The notes beneath the pieces are model-generated. The model did no database searches. It saw only the letters and a list, made by a program, of their open reading frames with translations, and had not been told where the DNA came from. DNA of 63,269 nt from a virus (Duplodnaviria > Caudoviricetes), in IMG/VR virus record IMGVR_UViG_3300042868_013427, positions 1 through 63,269 of that record; one strand, 5' to 3'. Position 1 is the first letter of the stretch, and each line of letters opens with the position of its first letter. Of the stretch, positions 40,751 through 50,581 are shown one piece after another. A program made the translations under genes and the position numbers.

Positions 40751-40999
40751 ATGAAAGAAGTACTTAAGCAAATGAATAGCGACAGCGAAGCATTTGGAAA
40801 CAAGCCAGCAAAGAAGCTATCAACATACAGGATAGATGACGAAACAAAAAAGATCGCAGACCTTGTTGTTGTGACTAGATCTCTGATGAATGGTAGCAGG
40901 CCAGAATCTTACACAAAGCTCATTAAGAACCTGGTAAAGGAAGAATGGCTTAGGATAAAGCAAGACATCCACTTCCACCAGCTTTTGAAGGACTCTTAA
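40751..40999 (+). CDS. small hypothetical protein (possible DNA-binding)
   Basis: ATG at 40751; LSTYRIDDETK..AD...SY..LIK.LV resembles a ribbon-helix-helix. Confidence 0.5.
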   Translation: MKEVLKQMNSDSEAFGNKPAKKLSTYRIDDETKKIADLVVVTRSLMNGSRPESYTKLIKNLVKEEWLRIKQDIHFHQLLKDS

Positions 41000-41346
41000 A
41001 TGTTTGAGAGGCCTTCTGTCTCATTGATGTTTATGATCTTGATGTTTTGAGTTCTTCCTCTGAGCTTCTTCCATCCCTTTGCAAGACCATTCTTTGCTAT
41101 CTGTGTGTAGTAAGCAAATGCATTGTTTGACCTCTCTGGATTGAAGTTTCTCCAGTAACGTATTAGGTCTTCTATTGCAAATGCTATGCAATCCTTTCGG
41201 TCTTCTTCGTACTTGAACTTTAGTACTTTGGATAGCTCATTTGCTATGAGTATGAGCATGTTTAATGCTTCTGGCGTAAGTTCATTCTTTTCTTTGGACT
41301 TTAATATCTCTTCGAAAAGCTTCTTTTGATCTATGTATTTGGACAT
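40996..41346 (-). CDS. late-transcription sigma factor (T4 gp55-like)
   Basis: YID.K.L, IA..LS...Y..D, RY..NFNPERS.NAFAYYTQI. Confidence 0.88.
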   Translation of the reverse strand: MSKYIDQKKLFEEILKSKEKNELTPEALNMLILIANELSKVLKFKYEEDRKDCIAFAIEDLIRYWRNFNPERSNNAFAYYTQIAKNGLAKGWKKLRGRTQNIKIININETEGLSNI

Positions 41347-41376
41347 AGTTTATTATAGCCCGAGGATGTTTTTTTG

Positions 41377-41676
41377 TTACGTCAATGATTTAATGTTTGC
41401 TGCTAGCCTGTAATAGACCTCTTGCAAGCCTTTTGTGCTTACTCCAATTTCATCTAGATCATGTATGACGTCGTTCATTGTCTTCAACACGTCATTCAAC
41501 TGATCCATCTTTGTGAATATTGTGAGCTTCTTTTGCTCACGCTCTACTTCTTTCTTTACGTTCATTATCTGACCGTGGTAGTCAATATCATCATAGTTGA
41601 TATTGCCTTCAAAAAAAGAAGACTGATCCTGAGAATCAGTCTTCAAGAAAGAATTTACATCCTTTAGGTTCTTCAT
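41377..41676 (-). CDS. small coiled-coil protein, possibly virion
   Basis: MKNLKDVNSF leader-like start. Confidence 0.55.
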   Translation of the reverse strand: MKNLKDVNSFLKTDSQDQSSFFEGNINYDDIDYHGQIMNVKKEVEREQKKLTIFTKMDQLNDVLKTMNDVIHDLDEIGVSTKGLQEVYYRLAANIKSLT

Positions 41677-41686
41677 ATGGTTTTAA

Positions 41687-44227
41687 TTAAGCTTCATCGA
41701 TTGCACCGCCGTATGATCCAAGAAGTTCTTCATCCTCTTCATTTTCTTCAAACTGGATTTCAACTTCTTCATCTTCTTCTGGATACTCATCAAGTTCGTA
41801 TCCATCAACATCATCAGGGTTTGTCATGATGACCTGACGGCTTCCATAACCTGGATTCATCCTTGATTCTTCTTCATAACGGTGGAGATCTTCTTCTCCT
41901 TCTTTTTCCATTTCCATCTCAGAAGATTCGATGTCCTCATCGATCTCTTCTTCTTCCATTTCCTCGTCTACCTCCTCTTCCATTTCCTCATCGATCTCTT
42001 CTCCTTCAATGTCGTCTGCTTCTTCGGCTTCTTCCATTTCTTCTCCAAACTCAGGAGCATTATCGACTTGAATTGGAACAATGATGTCATCATCCTCATC
42101 ATCCCAGAAGTCCTCATCAAAATCATCATCATCAAAGTCTTCGTCATCGTATGAATCGTAGTCTTCATCATCCATTTCATCCCAATCAGAGAAGTCATAT
42201 CCGTGTGATGCTTCTTCTACTTCCTCAGTCTCTACTTCCTCTTCTTCGATGTTTTCATCAAGCTCTGGATCATAATCATCATGACCCTTTGCTGCCATCT
42301 CATCAAAAGTATCAACGTCTTCTTCATACGTCTTTCCAAACTCTGTGTGCTTGACGACATTTGAAGGATTTGTTGTCATTCCCTTTACGTCATCAACTGA
42401 TATGCTAACGACATCGTCAAGGTTATCAACATCCTCATCAAGCTCCCTGTTTTCCTTTACCATCTTCTTTACATCGACGTGCTTTCCAAGTGGCTTTGCA
42501 TTTGAGCCTTGGATCATCTGAAGATCAACTTCAGGTGATGATGTTGCGCTCTTCTTTACCATTGTTTCAATCACATCAATGTCCTTGTCGATGCACTGGA
42601 TTGTTTCACCGTTGTTGAGAAGAACTATGAATTTTCTGTCTACACCATCAACAGAAAGAACTGTTCCTGTTCCCTTTGCCCTAACCTTTACGGTATCGCC
42701 AACAGCAGGGAGTGGAACGTTTGATGTTGCCTCATTGAGCTTCTTTGACACTGCAGAGTACTTCCTCTTGAGCTCCTTCAATTCTTCTTGGAGTGACTCT
42801 TCAAGCTGCATGATTGTCTTGCTCTCTCTGATGTCTTCATCGTTTGCCTTTTCTTGGGCTATCTTCTTCAGTTCCTTTTCAACAAGAACGATCTTATTGA
42901 AGAGGCTTGTTGAAATCTTTTGGAGCTTATTGATCTCCTTGTTCTCTTCTGAAAGCGTCTCAACAAAAGATTCAGATATGTCGTATGAAAGAGTGTCCCA
43001 AACGAAGTTCTTTAGCTGTGTTGCAGTTGTGAAGTTTGCTGTCTTGTTCTCATTCATTGAAGGGTTTACGTAGTTAACAACGTAGCTGTCACCCTTGAAA
43101 ACATTGATCTTGACACCTTCATAGATGTTTGATGTTATCGTCTTGGAGAAATCGATCTCCATGAGCTTGTCAATGTTCTCGTGGATTGTCAACACATCTA
43201 CAAGGCCTCTGCTGTAGCTAGGGTCAATTATAGAAGATACTGCTGCTTTGTGCTTGAGTTCATCCCTTGTGAGTGAAGTTCCATTGAGATCGATTGAACC
43301 GTTTTCATTGATCTTGATTGTATCACGACCCATGAACATCACAACATTGTCACCCTGTATTGTCATTCCCTTTGACTTTACAACATTGTTTATTGCAAAG
43401 AGTGAAGGCGATTCGCTCTTGATTTCTGATTCCTTGATGGAAATGATCCTGTTTCCGTCCTTCTTGTAGAAGGATCCATCCAAAAGGATGTAGTCGGCTG
43501 ATTCCTTTATGTCAACAAATCCAACAGAAGGCTTTACAGTGCACTTTGTGGTGTTTGCAAGCATGTTGAAACCACCGAATGAGTTCTCAATGAGCCTAAG
43601 GTTATTTGCAAGCTTGTTGATGTTTGTATCGAACTTGTACCTATCAAGCTCTTGGATGATCATCTTCCTTGAGCCTGTTGTCCTGTCCATGACATATGCA
43701 TCAAGCTTTTCAATGAGTGCTCCGTATATGAAGCTGTTCCTTGATGCCTTTATTACATCGATGGAAGACTTAACAAGTATGTCCTCGCTCAGGTCATTCT
43801 TTGTTGCCTCAAGAACCTCGTACTCACTCTTTACGACAGGGTCCCAAAGAAGTGGCTTAAGGTTATTGAGATAGTTCTCAATGATCAGGTAGTCGGCATT
43901 GGATTCGCTCAATCTCTTGAACTGATTGATTGGTCCCTTTAGATGTGGGTAGTTTGATACCCCGCTCTCTGCCAATATCCTGTCTGCAGACTTCTTAATG
44001 CCCATATCTATGAGTGAAAGAAGTCTCGACTCGTTTGAGACGAATGATTTTACCGCAATGTCTGATGTGTATGCCGAAAGCTTATCAATCGCAATCTGTG
44101 AAAGATTCTGATCAGGTATGCTATCTGCCATCTCAACGAGGGATTCGCATATGCGCCTAACGGCACCCTTTACGGTTTTATTGGACAATATAGCCAGACG
44201 TGATTTAGCTGTGTTCATTGGAACCAT
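41687..44227 (-). CDS. large protein with coiled coil, SH3/KOW-like domain and very acidic C-terminus (prohead core/scaffold candidate)
   Basis: 846 aa; last ~250 aa D/E-rich; GATATATAA upstream. Confidence 0.55.
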   Translation of the reverse strand: MVPMNTAKSRLAILSNKTVKGAVRRICESLVEMADSIPDQNLSQIAIDKLSAYTSDIAVKSFVSNESRLLSLIDMGIKKSADRILAESGVSNYPHLKGPINQFKRLSESNADYLIIENYLNNLKPLLWDPVVKSEYEVLEATKNDLSEDILVKSSIDVIKASRNSFIYGALIEKLDAYVMDRTTGSRKMIIQELDRYKFDTNINKLANNLRLIENSFGGFNMLANTTKCTVKPSVGFVDIKESADYILLDGSFYKKDGNRIISIKESEIKSESPSLFAINNVVKSKGMTIQGDNVVMFMGRDTIKINENGSIDLNGTSLTRDELKHKAAVSSIIDPSYSRGLVDVLTIHENIDKLMEIDFSKTITSNIYEGVKINVFKGDSYVVNYVNPSMNENKTANFTTATQLKNFVWDTLSYDISESFVETLSEENKEINKLQKISTSLFNKIVLVEKELKKIAQEKANDEDIRESKTIMQLEESLQEELKELKRKYSAVSKKLNEATSNVPLPAVGDTVKVRAKGTGTVLSVDGVDRKFIVLLNNGETIQCIDKDIDVIETMVKKSATSSPEVDLQMIQGSNAKPLGKHVDVKKMVKENRELDEDVDNLDDVVSISVDDVKGMTTNPSNVVKHTEFGKTYEEDVDTFDEMAAKGHDDYDPELDENIEEEEVETEEVEEASHGYDFSDWDEMDDEDYDSYDDEDFDDDDFDEDFWDDEDDDIIVPIQVDNAPEFGEEMEEAEEADDIEGEEIDEEMEEEVDEEMEEEEIDEDIESSEMEMEKEGEEDLHRYEEESRMNPGYGSRQVIMTNPDDVDGYELDEYPEEDEEVEIQFEENEEDEELLGSYGGAIDEA

Positions 44228-44271
44228 ATATTTTTCTCTGATTTATATATCAGTTAGTTTTGAAAAGTTTG

Positions 44272-45777
44272 TTACATCGTTGAGCGATTGATGTTAGTAG
44301 AGCTAACATCCTTGAATAATCTTAGATTTACGTTCAATCCGTCGGGCATTGGAATGTTACTCCAGAAGTCCAGGACTATTATGCTGAAGTTGTCATCGGA
44401 TCCATACACTATCGTACAAAGATCATTTGCTGTTATCGAACCATTTCCTGAAACATACTGGACACTCCAAATTGAAGATGTCACGTTTCCATTAGAGTCC
44501 GTTTGATTGTTCACTGAAAGTATCTTAAATGTGACCCTTGCATCACCAGTCTTGTTCACTATGGTTGCAAACCGGCTGAATTGGCTCTCTGTCATGTAAA
44601 CGGACTTCATCCATTTTGTCAGGTTGTTGGAATTAAAGTCTGTTCCGCTCACAGTTATCTCAGTGACATTCTCAAAGAAGTTCGGTTCATCCTCTGGGTT
44701 TACAACGCCTGGAACATCAACATTGAACTTTATGTTTCCGTCTGAAACAGAAGAAGATGATGATACGTATTCAAAAACCTGGAAGTGCTCATCTGAAGTT
44801 AGGACCATGGCAGAAAAATCTGCTATGCGACTGTATATTATTGAAAGGTCATCACTGTCAACTATAGGAACCGTGACAGTATTGCCGGTTCTTTGAGCAG
44901 GGCCATCAGTTGTTATGATGAATGATTTTCCACTATCAGTATTCTTTATCGTCAGGTACTGGCCTGGCATTATCTTTGTTTCATCAATGTAGGAATCAAA
45001 GACTATCGTCATGGATCCTGGATCAATCGATGAGCTGGTGCTGAGCCTTGGATTATTGTCCTTTGCCTGTTCCCTCTGTCTGTAGATCTCTTGGCTTGAG
45101 CTGAACGTCTGGATGCTGTTTCCTTTGAAGAATTCAGTCGTTGCATCAATCACTGGAAGATACGTCTCGACCTCTATTGTGAATCCCATCTTTATCCTCT
45201 GATCATCACTGTAGCTGTATGAGTATGGTTTCTCTCCAGGAAGAGGTGCAGGTATCATTGCCCTTGCTGGTATTCTTATCGATTCATACCTAAAGCTGAA
45301 AGGAATGGTCTTGAAGAACTCTGAAAATGCAACCTGAGCGATTCTAAAGTAGTCAAGCAGGATGTCAACTATTATATCAACCTGGAAGCTTACCCTTAGA
45401 GGAACTGCTATTGCTTGGGCAGAGTACGTCTTCATTGCACCGTCCACCAACTTCTGATACTCAATCCTGACGTAGTTGTTCGTCAGGGAATCCTCTGGCA
45501 TCTCTATGCCAGCAATGCTTACAACTCCTCTTGGAATCGGATCATAGTTTCCATCTGCAAAGTCAAACTTGCAGTTGTCCATGTTTATGAAGTTGTCCTG
45601 AATGAACCTTCCATCGCCAACTATGCTAAAATAGAAGTCAAGGCTGAACGGCCTTGTCTCTGTTGGACTGACTATGACGTCGTACCTTATCCTGTCGTTG
45701 AGCGCATTTATGAACGCCACGACGAGGCCTCTAAAGAAGACGTTGTCTGAGTTGGTTTTGAAGTTAAATGGATTCAT
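44272..45777 (-). CDS. tail terminator/sheath stabiliser (T4 gp15-like) with C-terminal extension
   Basis: FFR.LVVAF...LN, IPRG, AVPL..SF.V.I, F.IEVETYLP; extra ~250 aa beta-rich tail. Confidence 0.65.
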   Translation of the reverse strand: MNPFNFKTNSDNVFFRGLVVAFINALNDRIRYDVIVSPTETRPFSLDFYFSIVGDGRFIQDNFINMDNCKFDFADGNYDPIPRGVVSIAGIEMPEDSLTNNYVRIEYQKLVDGAMKTYSAQAIAVPLRVSFQVDIIVDILLDYFRIAQVAFSEFFKTIPFSFRYESIRIPARAMIPAPLPGEKPYSYSYSDDQRIKMGFTIEVETYLPVIDATTEFFKGNSIQTFSSSQEIYRQREQAKDNNPRLSTSSSIDPGSMTIVFDSYIDETKIMPGQYLTIKNTDSGKSFIITTDGPAQRTGNTVTVPIVDSDDLSIIYSRIADFSAMVLTSDEHFQVFEYVSSSSSVSDGNIKFNVDVPGVVNPEDEPNFFENVTEITVSGTDFNSNNLTKWMKSVYMTESQFSRFATIVNKTGDARVTFKILSVNNQTDSNGNVTSSIWSVQYVSGNGSITANDLCTIVYGSDDNFSIIVLDFWSNIPMPDGLNVNLRLFKDVSSTNINRSTM

Positions 45778-45791
45778 TGATGTTCTATATA

Positions 45792-47462
45792 TCAGCCTAT
45801 CTTTTCTAGTTCTATGGAAGAGAAGCCATTGTTCTTACTGGTCCTGAGTATGTAGTCAAACTCCTCATGCGGAAGCGATGAGTGGTTGACAACAATCGTA
45901 TTCAGCTTCAACTCCCTTGTTATCTTTCCAAGGCTCCTGATCATGTGGTAAACATTGTTTGTATCCACAGATGAGAAGACCTCATCCAAGAAGAGTATGT
46001 TCAGCATCGGGAACTTCATCTTGACAAGCTTTATGAGGGACAGGAGGACAACTATATCGACCTTCTTCGTCTCTCCTGTTGAGAGAGATACTGGAGATAT
46101 TTCCTCTCCGAGGTGTGTCAGCACTGCATTGAACTCCTCGTCAAACTTGATGTCGTAGTCAATGTTCATCTCGATGGAAAGCTCCTTGATGTACTTATTG
46201 AACATTGGAAGTATGCTCTGTATTGCAAGCTGCTTCACGCCTTTCTCACCAAGAAGCTGATCAACGACCTTATTAAAGTTGGCCATGGATTCAGCCTTTG
46301 CCTTCTCTTTCTTCTTCTCAGACAGCGACTGCTCGTTCTCCTCTATCATCTCTCTGATCGCCTTTGTATCTTCGCTGACGTTCTGCTTCCTTGAAAGTTC
46401 ATCGATCTCCCTCTTCACAGAAGAGAGGGCTGCCTTTATCTCTGCTTCCTTCTTGTAGAAGGACCTTTCAACCGTCTGGACCTGCTCCCATTTCGAGAGG
46501 ACCTTTTCATAGTCTGGCATGATCTGATCGACCATTGATCTGATGGAAGTCATCTGTGTTGAAAGCTCTTCCTTTCTCGTCTCACTGAAGTCCTCTGACA
46601 TCTCACGCTCACATGTTGGACACGTCTTCTTGTCGAAAAACCTGATCTTTTCCTCGAGTGTTTTGATCTCATACTTTGATGTTCGTATGGTGTCTTCCAT
46701 CGTTGACTTCTTCTTCTGGATTGCATCCTTGACAGAGTCTATCTTCTCCTTCTCTTCTCTTGATGCAGATATAGATTCCTCAAGCTCCTTTGCTCTTTCC
46801 TTGAGCTCATTTGCTGTTGTCGTCTTCTGCTCATTGAGCTTTCTCTCTGTCTCTTTGAGCCTTGAGCTGTTCTTCTCTATCGACGATTCAAGCCAATCAA
46901 TCTCTGATGTGACAGAATCAAGCATGGACTTCACGTCCTTTGAATCAGACTTCAGAAGCTCTCTCATCTGGTTTATCACATCCAATGAAAACAGACGGTC
47001 TATTATGGCCCTCTTGTCTCCAGGAGACATGTTTATGAAGCTCTTGAAGTCATTGATGTTCAACGAGATGAGGTTGTCAAAGACGTAGTACGGCATTCCA
47101 TACAGCTCCTCTTCGAGGTAGTCCTGCACGTTCTTCTTTCCTGATTCATCGTACCTCTTTCCGTCAACAGTGACTTCAAGGCTGGTAGGTGCAACGCCAC
47201 GTTCTATGACTATCTGACGGCCCTTGGACTCAAGCTCAACACGGACCCATCCGTTCTTGTTCTTTCGATTAGCAAGATCCTTGAGCTTCTTGTTGTTCAC
47301 CTTTCCATAAAGGCCAAACGTTATGCATGAAAGAAAGCTTGACTTTCCTGTTGCATTCTCACCCATGAGCATGTAAAAGCCTGGGTTGTTCTCAAAGTCT
47401 ATAGTCTGGACCCTGTTTCCATAGGATGTTATGTTCCTCCATAGAACCCTTTTTATCTTCAT
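45792..47462 (-). CDS. recombination endonuclease ATPase subunit (gp46/SbcC/Rad50)
   Basis: GENATGKS Walker A, CPTC zinc hook, LSTGE signature, LFLDE Walker B. Confidence 0.95.
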   Translation of the reverse strand: MKIKRVLWRNITSYGNRVQTIDFENNPGFYMLMGENATGKSSFLSCITFGLYGKVNNKKLKDLANRKNKNGWVRVELESKGRQIVIERGVAPTSLEVTVDGKRYDESGKKNVQDYLEEELYGMPYYVFDNLISLNINDFKSFINMSPGDKRAIIDRLFSLDVINQMRELLKSDSKDVKSMLDSVTSEIDWLESSIEKNSSRLKETERKLNEQKTTTANELKERAKELEESISASREEKEKIDSVKDAIQKKKSTMEDTIRTSKYEIKTLEEKIRFFDKKTCPTCEREMSEDFSETRKEELSTQMTSIRSMVDQIMPDYEKVLSKWEQVQTVERSFYKKEAEIKAALSSVKREIDELSRKQNVSEDTKAIREMIEENEQSLSEKKKEKAKAESMANFNKVVDQLLGEKGVKQLAIQSILPMFNKYIKELSIEMNIDYDIKFDEEFNAVLTHLGEEISPVSLSTGETKKVDIVVLLSLIKLVKMKFPMLNILFLDEVFSSVDTNNVYHMIRSLGKITRELKLNTIVVNHSSLPHEEFDYILRTSKNNGFSSIELEKIG

Positions 47463-48532
47463 TTCTCAAGACCTCGTGTTTCCATAACTCGTGTGTGTAG
47501 AGCGTTCATGTACTTTTTAAGGGCATCTTTTAGCTTTGTTTCATAAGAAAGAGAATCTATGAACCTGCCTGCTATGTGCATCAGGTCAAGATCGTATCCC
47601 TCTTCCATGAGGTTCTCATCGGTCAATACGATCGATGACGTTGCCATGTTTGTTTTGAACGTCAGCTTTCGGTGGAACCCATCGAGGTGTGACTCCAACT
47701 CCTGGAATGGGAAATCAATCGCCTGGTTCTCATCGAGGTATATGTCAACAAAGTTGTTCTTGCACTTGCCTCTTAGATCCTCAAGCGTCATGTCAAGAAC
47801 TTCATCGACATTGAACCTTATGAACCTAGGAGATACTGGATTCTCCACAAACTCCTCTGTTCCTGCCTCAGTGTCAAGTATCCAGTAGCCCTTGTGGTTT
47901 CCTATGTCTGACCTCGTGAGCTCGTACGGGCAGCCAACAAAGTTGACGTTGCCCACCTTCTGCCTGTAGTGGATGTGTCCAGTGTAAACCTTCTTGTAGG
48001 TCTTGAACTCCTTGACCTCATTTCCGTGGTCTATCTTCGTCCACTTGTTGAACTCTGCTCCCTTGACATCTGTGTGGCAAAAGAGGTAGTCGGCCTTCTT
48101 GAACTGCTGAAGGCACTCTTTCTCCTTCTCTGGGTTTGCCCTCCATGGCATCATGAGCATGGATTTTCCACCCAACTCAATCAGCTCTGGCTCCTCATAC
48201 ACTGTCACGTTTGGAAGCCATCCCAGCGGCTTCACTGAGTTAACGCTGTTGCTGTTTAGATCGTGGCAGTCGTGGTTTCCAAGTATGACCCTGACAGGTG
48301 CAATCCTTGAAAGCGCCTCAAAGACCTCCATGCCAAGGTTCAGAACCTTCAGGTTTATGCTCTGCCTTGAATCAAAGACATCGCCTAGATGGAATATCTC
48401 ATCTCCTGGCTGCATCCTCTTCTTAACGTCTTCAATGAACCAGTCAAAGAAGAACGACCTTTGTATGTCCAGCCACTCAACAGAGTTGGATCTAACTCCA
48501 AAGTGTGTGTCTGATATCAAAAAAATCTTCAT
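47459..48532 (-). CDS. recombination nuclease subunit (gp47/SbcD/Mre11)
   Basis: SDTHFG, LGDVFD, GNHD, GHIH metallophosphoesterase motifs. Confidence 0.95.
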   Translation of the reverse strand: MKIFLISDTHFGVRSNSVEWLDIQRSFFFDWFIEDVKKRMQPGDEIFHLGDVFDSRQSINLKVLNLGMEVFEALSRIAPVRVILGNHDCHDLNSNSVNSVKPLGWLPNVTVYEEPELIELGGKSMLMMPWRANPEKEKECLQQFKKADYLFCHTDVKGAEFNKWTKIDHGNEVKEFKTYKKVYTGHIHYRQKVGNVNFVGCPYELTRSDIGNHKGYWILDTEAGTEEFVENPVSPRFIRFNVDEVLDMTLEDLRGKCKNNFVDIYLDENQAIDFPFQELESHLDGFHRKLTFKTNMATSSIVLTDENLMEEGYDLDLMHIAGRFIDSLSYETKLKDALKKYMNALHTRVMETRGLEK

Positions 48533-48993
48533 TAAAAAAGCTTCTTTATGTTCATTCGAGAGAATATGTGGTAGTCTTTATCCAGCTCGCTGAGGAGTTG
48601 TTCCTTGTATGATATGTTCATCTCTTTGAACATGTTCTCATAGTTGCATCCAAGGTACTCACACGTGCCAATGACAAACTCTATCATTGAATATGTTGTG
48701 TCGTCTCGTCTGACCTCCTCTACTATGAAGCAGAAGTAGTCATTGAGCTTTGCCTTTGGCAGTTTTCTCTTTGGATGGTCGTCGAGCTTGAAGTCAGATG
48801 ACTTTGTTATGAGCTCTATCTTTTCCAGGAGGCCCTTGAATCTTGCGTACTTCTCACTGTTGTAGTACTCATCAAGGTTTTGGTCTGCGTATTCGTCACT
48901 TATCCTCATGTCTCTTGCATGAAAGAACTCGTGGTCTACCTGACCGGTGTTGTATTTGTTGTCTAGGATCTTATCCCCGTGTCTTCTGCTCAT
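48532..48993 (-). CDS. hypothetical protein; candidate gp33-like late co-activator
   Basis: C-terminal helical pattern resembles gp33; ends KKLF. Confidence 0.4.
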   Translation of the reverse strand: MSRRHGDKILDNKYNTGQVDHEFFHARDMRISDEYADQNLDEYYNSEKYARFKGLLEKIELITKSSDFKLDDHPKRKLPKAKLNDYFCFIVEEVRRDDTTYSMIEFVIGTCEYLGCNYENMFKEMNISYKEQLLSELDKDYHIFSRMNIKKLF

Positions 48994-50303
48994 ATGCTTG
49001 CACTAAATGGTGGTTCGTTGGTTTCTTTTATCGTCATCCTCTTGTAGTCGACTGAGAACTTCTTCTTTAGGTTTATCTCTTCAGAGTTTCTCAGAGCCAG
49101 GGCCTTTATGTTGTACTCATTCTCTGCTTTCATGATCTCAGTCTGGATTATGCCATACAGCGTGTCAACTGTTGCTGCAAGACCCATAGACTCAGATATG
49201 TCTGTCATGAATATGTCACTGTTTCCTAGATTGGTCCTGTTTATCTGCGTCGCTGATAGTATGGCCCATCTGTTTCTCATGGCCATAGCTCTTACGTCTT
49301 CTGCTATCTGCTTGATCTTTTGGTAGAGGTTCTCAGTGTTTGGGTTCCTCCAGTTCTTCATGATGTTGATGTAGTCAATGACCACAAGATCAAACTTTAT
49401 GCCTCTTGTTGTTTCAATCTTTCTGATGAACGTCTCAACGTCATTCACTGAAGCAGTCGATGCTGGATACGACTTGATGAAGAGGTGTCCAAACGGGTTG
49501 AACCCATCTCCGTAGTTTATCGTCTCCTGGATCTTCTTCTTCATCCAAACAGGATCGTCAATGTTGTTGCTGTACTCTGCTGTGGTGACGCCCATGAGGT
49601 TTGCTGAAAGCCTCTGAAGGTATTGGTAGTCAAGAAGCTCAAGCGTCACAATCATGACGTTCTTGTTTGACTTCACTGCATTTGCTGCCATGTTGAGGAG
49701 CCAAACAGACTTTCCTGATTTTGGACCTCCTGCAAGAACGTTCAATGTTCCTGGTATCCAGCCTCCGCCCATCGTCAGATCGAAGTATGAATACCCAGTG
49801 TTGAACGATTCATAGCTTATTGACTTGTGGCACAGAGGATCAGAGAAGTCAAGGAAGTTATCGTTTCCAACATCAACGTTGCCGCCGTCTCTGATCATAG
49901 ACACGACCTTATCAACAACATCCTTGACGTTCTCTGTGTCGACCTTCTGCGTCTTCATGAATGTGAAAGCATCGAACAGCGACGTGTTCAATGACCTCCA
50001 GTATATCCATGCCTCTACCGTTTCACCAAGCCATTCAGTATCATAGTCTTCAAGGTTGATGTTGAAAAGCCCATCAACGTAGTCAAGAGTTATGACCTCA
50101 TCCAGCTTGTTTGCCTTTATGAGGTGCTTCAGCTGCTCTCTTGACGGAGACTCCTTGTACTTAAGAAAGAACTGCCTCGATATCTCATACACCTTCTGGA
50201 TCTCTGCTATCTCAAAGAACTTTGTCTCAACAGCATCAAAAAGCTTTGAGTCGCTGAGTATCTTATTGAATACGATCTTTTCTGTGTATACGTCTGGTGT
50301 CAT
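48990..50303 (-). CDS. replicative helicase (T4 gp41/DnaB-like)
   Basis: GGPKSGKS, VTLE, VVIDYINIM, SATQINR, ISESMG. Confidence 0.93.
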   Translation of the reverse strand: MTPDVYTEKIVFNKILSDSKLFDAVETKFFEIAEIQKVYEISRQFFLKYKESPSREQLKHLIKANKLDEVITLDYVDGLFNINLEDYDTEWLGETVEAWIYWRSLNTSLFDAFTFMKTQKVDTENVKDVVDKVVSMIRDGGNVDVGNDNFLDFSDPLCHKSISYESFNTGYSYFDLTMGGGWIPGTLNVLAGGPKSGKSVWLLNMAANAVKSNKNVMIVTLELLDYQYLQRLSANLMGVTTAEYSNNIDDPVWMKKKIQETINYGDGFNPFGHLFIKSYPASTASVNDVETFIRKIETTRGIKFDLVVIDYINIMKNWRNPNTENLYQKIKQIAEDVRAMAMRNRWAILSATQINRTNLGNSDIFMTDISESMGLAATVDTLYGIIQTEIMKAENEYNIKALALRNSEEINLKKKFSVDYKRMTIKETNEPPFSASI

Positions 50304-50581
50304 TTGAACGGCGACTTTATTACTGTGTATGTTGTTTTCTTTCCTGATTCAGATGCATCAAAGTATGAGTTTGACACTGCCCAGCTCATCAGCTCTTCTG
50401 TGTACCCTGCATCGACCTTAAGCTTCAATGCATAATGGATGTTAGATGATGATATCGTCTGTGAGTCCTTCTCTTCCATGTATCTAAGAACGTCATACAA
50501 TGCATCCTCATAAGAGGAGTATCCGTTGGATTTAAGGTATGTTCCAAGAAGATGTTTGAGCTTCAGCTTTTCCTTATTCAA
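50300..50581 (-). CDS. small hypothetical protein (winged-helix-like)
   Basis: likely TTG start overlapping the uvsX stop; helix-helix-hairpin pattern. Confidence 0.5.
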   Translation of the reverse strand: MNKEKLKLKHLLGTYLKSNGYSSYEDALYDVLRYMEEKDSQTISSSNIHYALKLKVDAGYTEELMSWAVSNSYFDASESGKKTTYTVIKSPFK

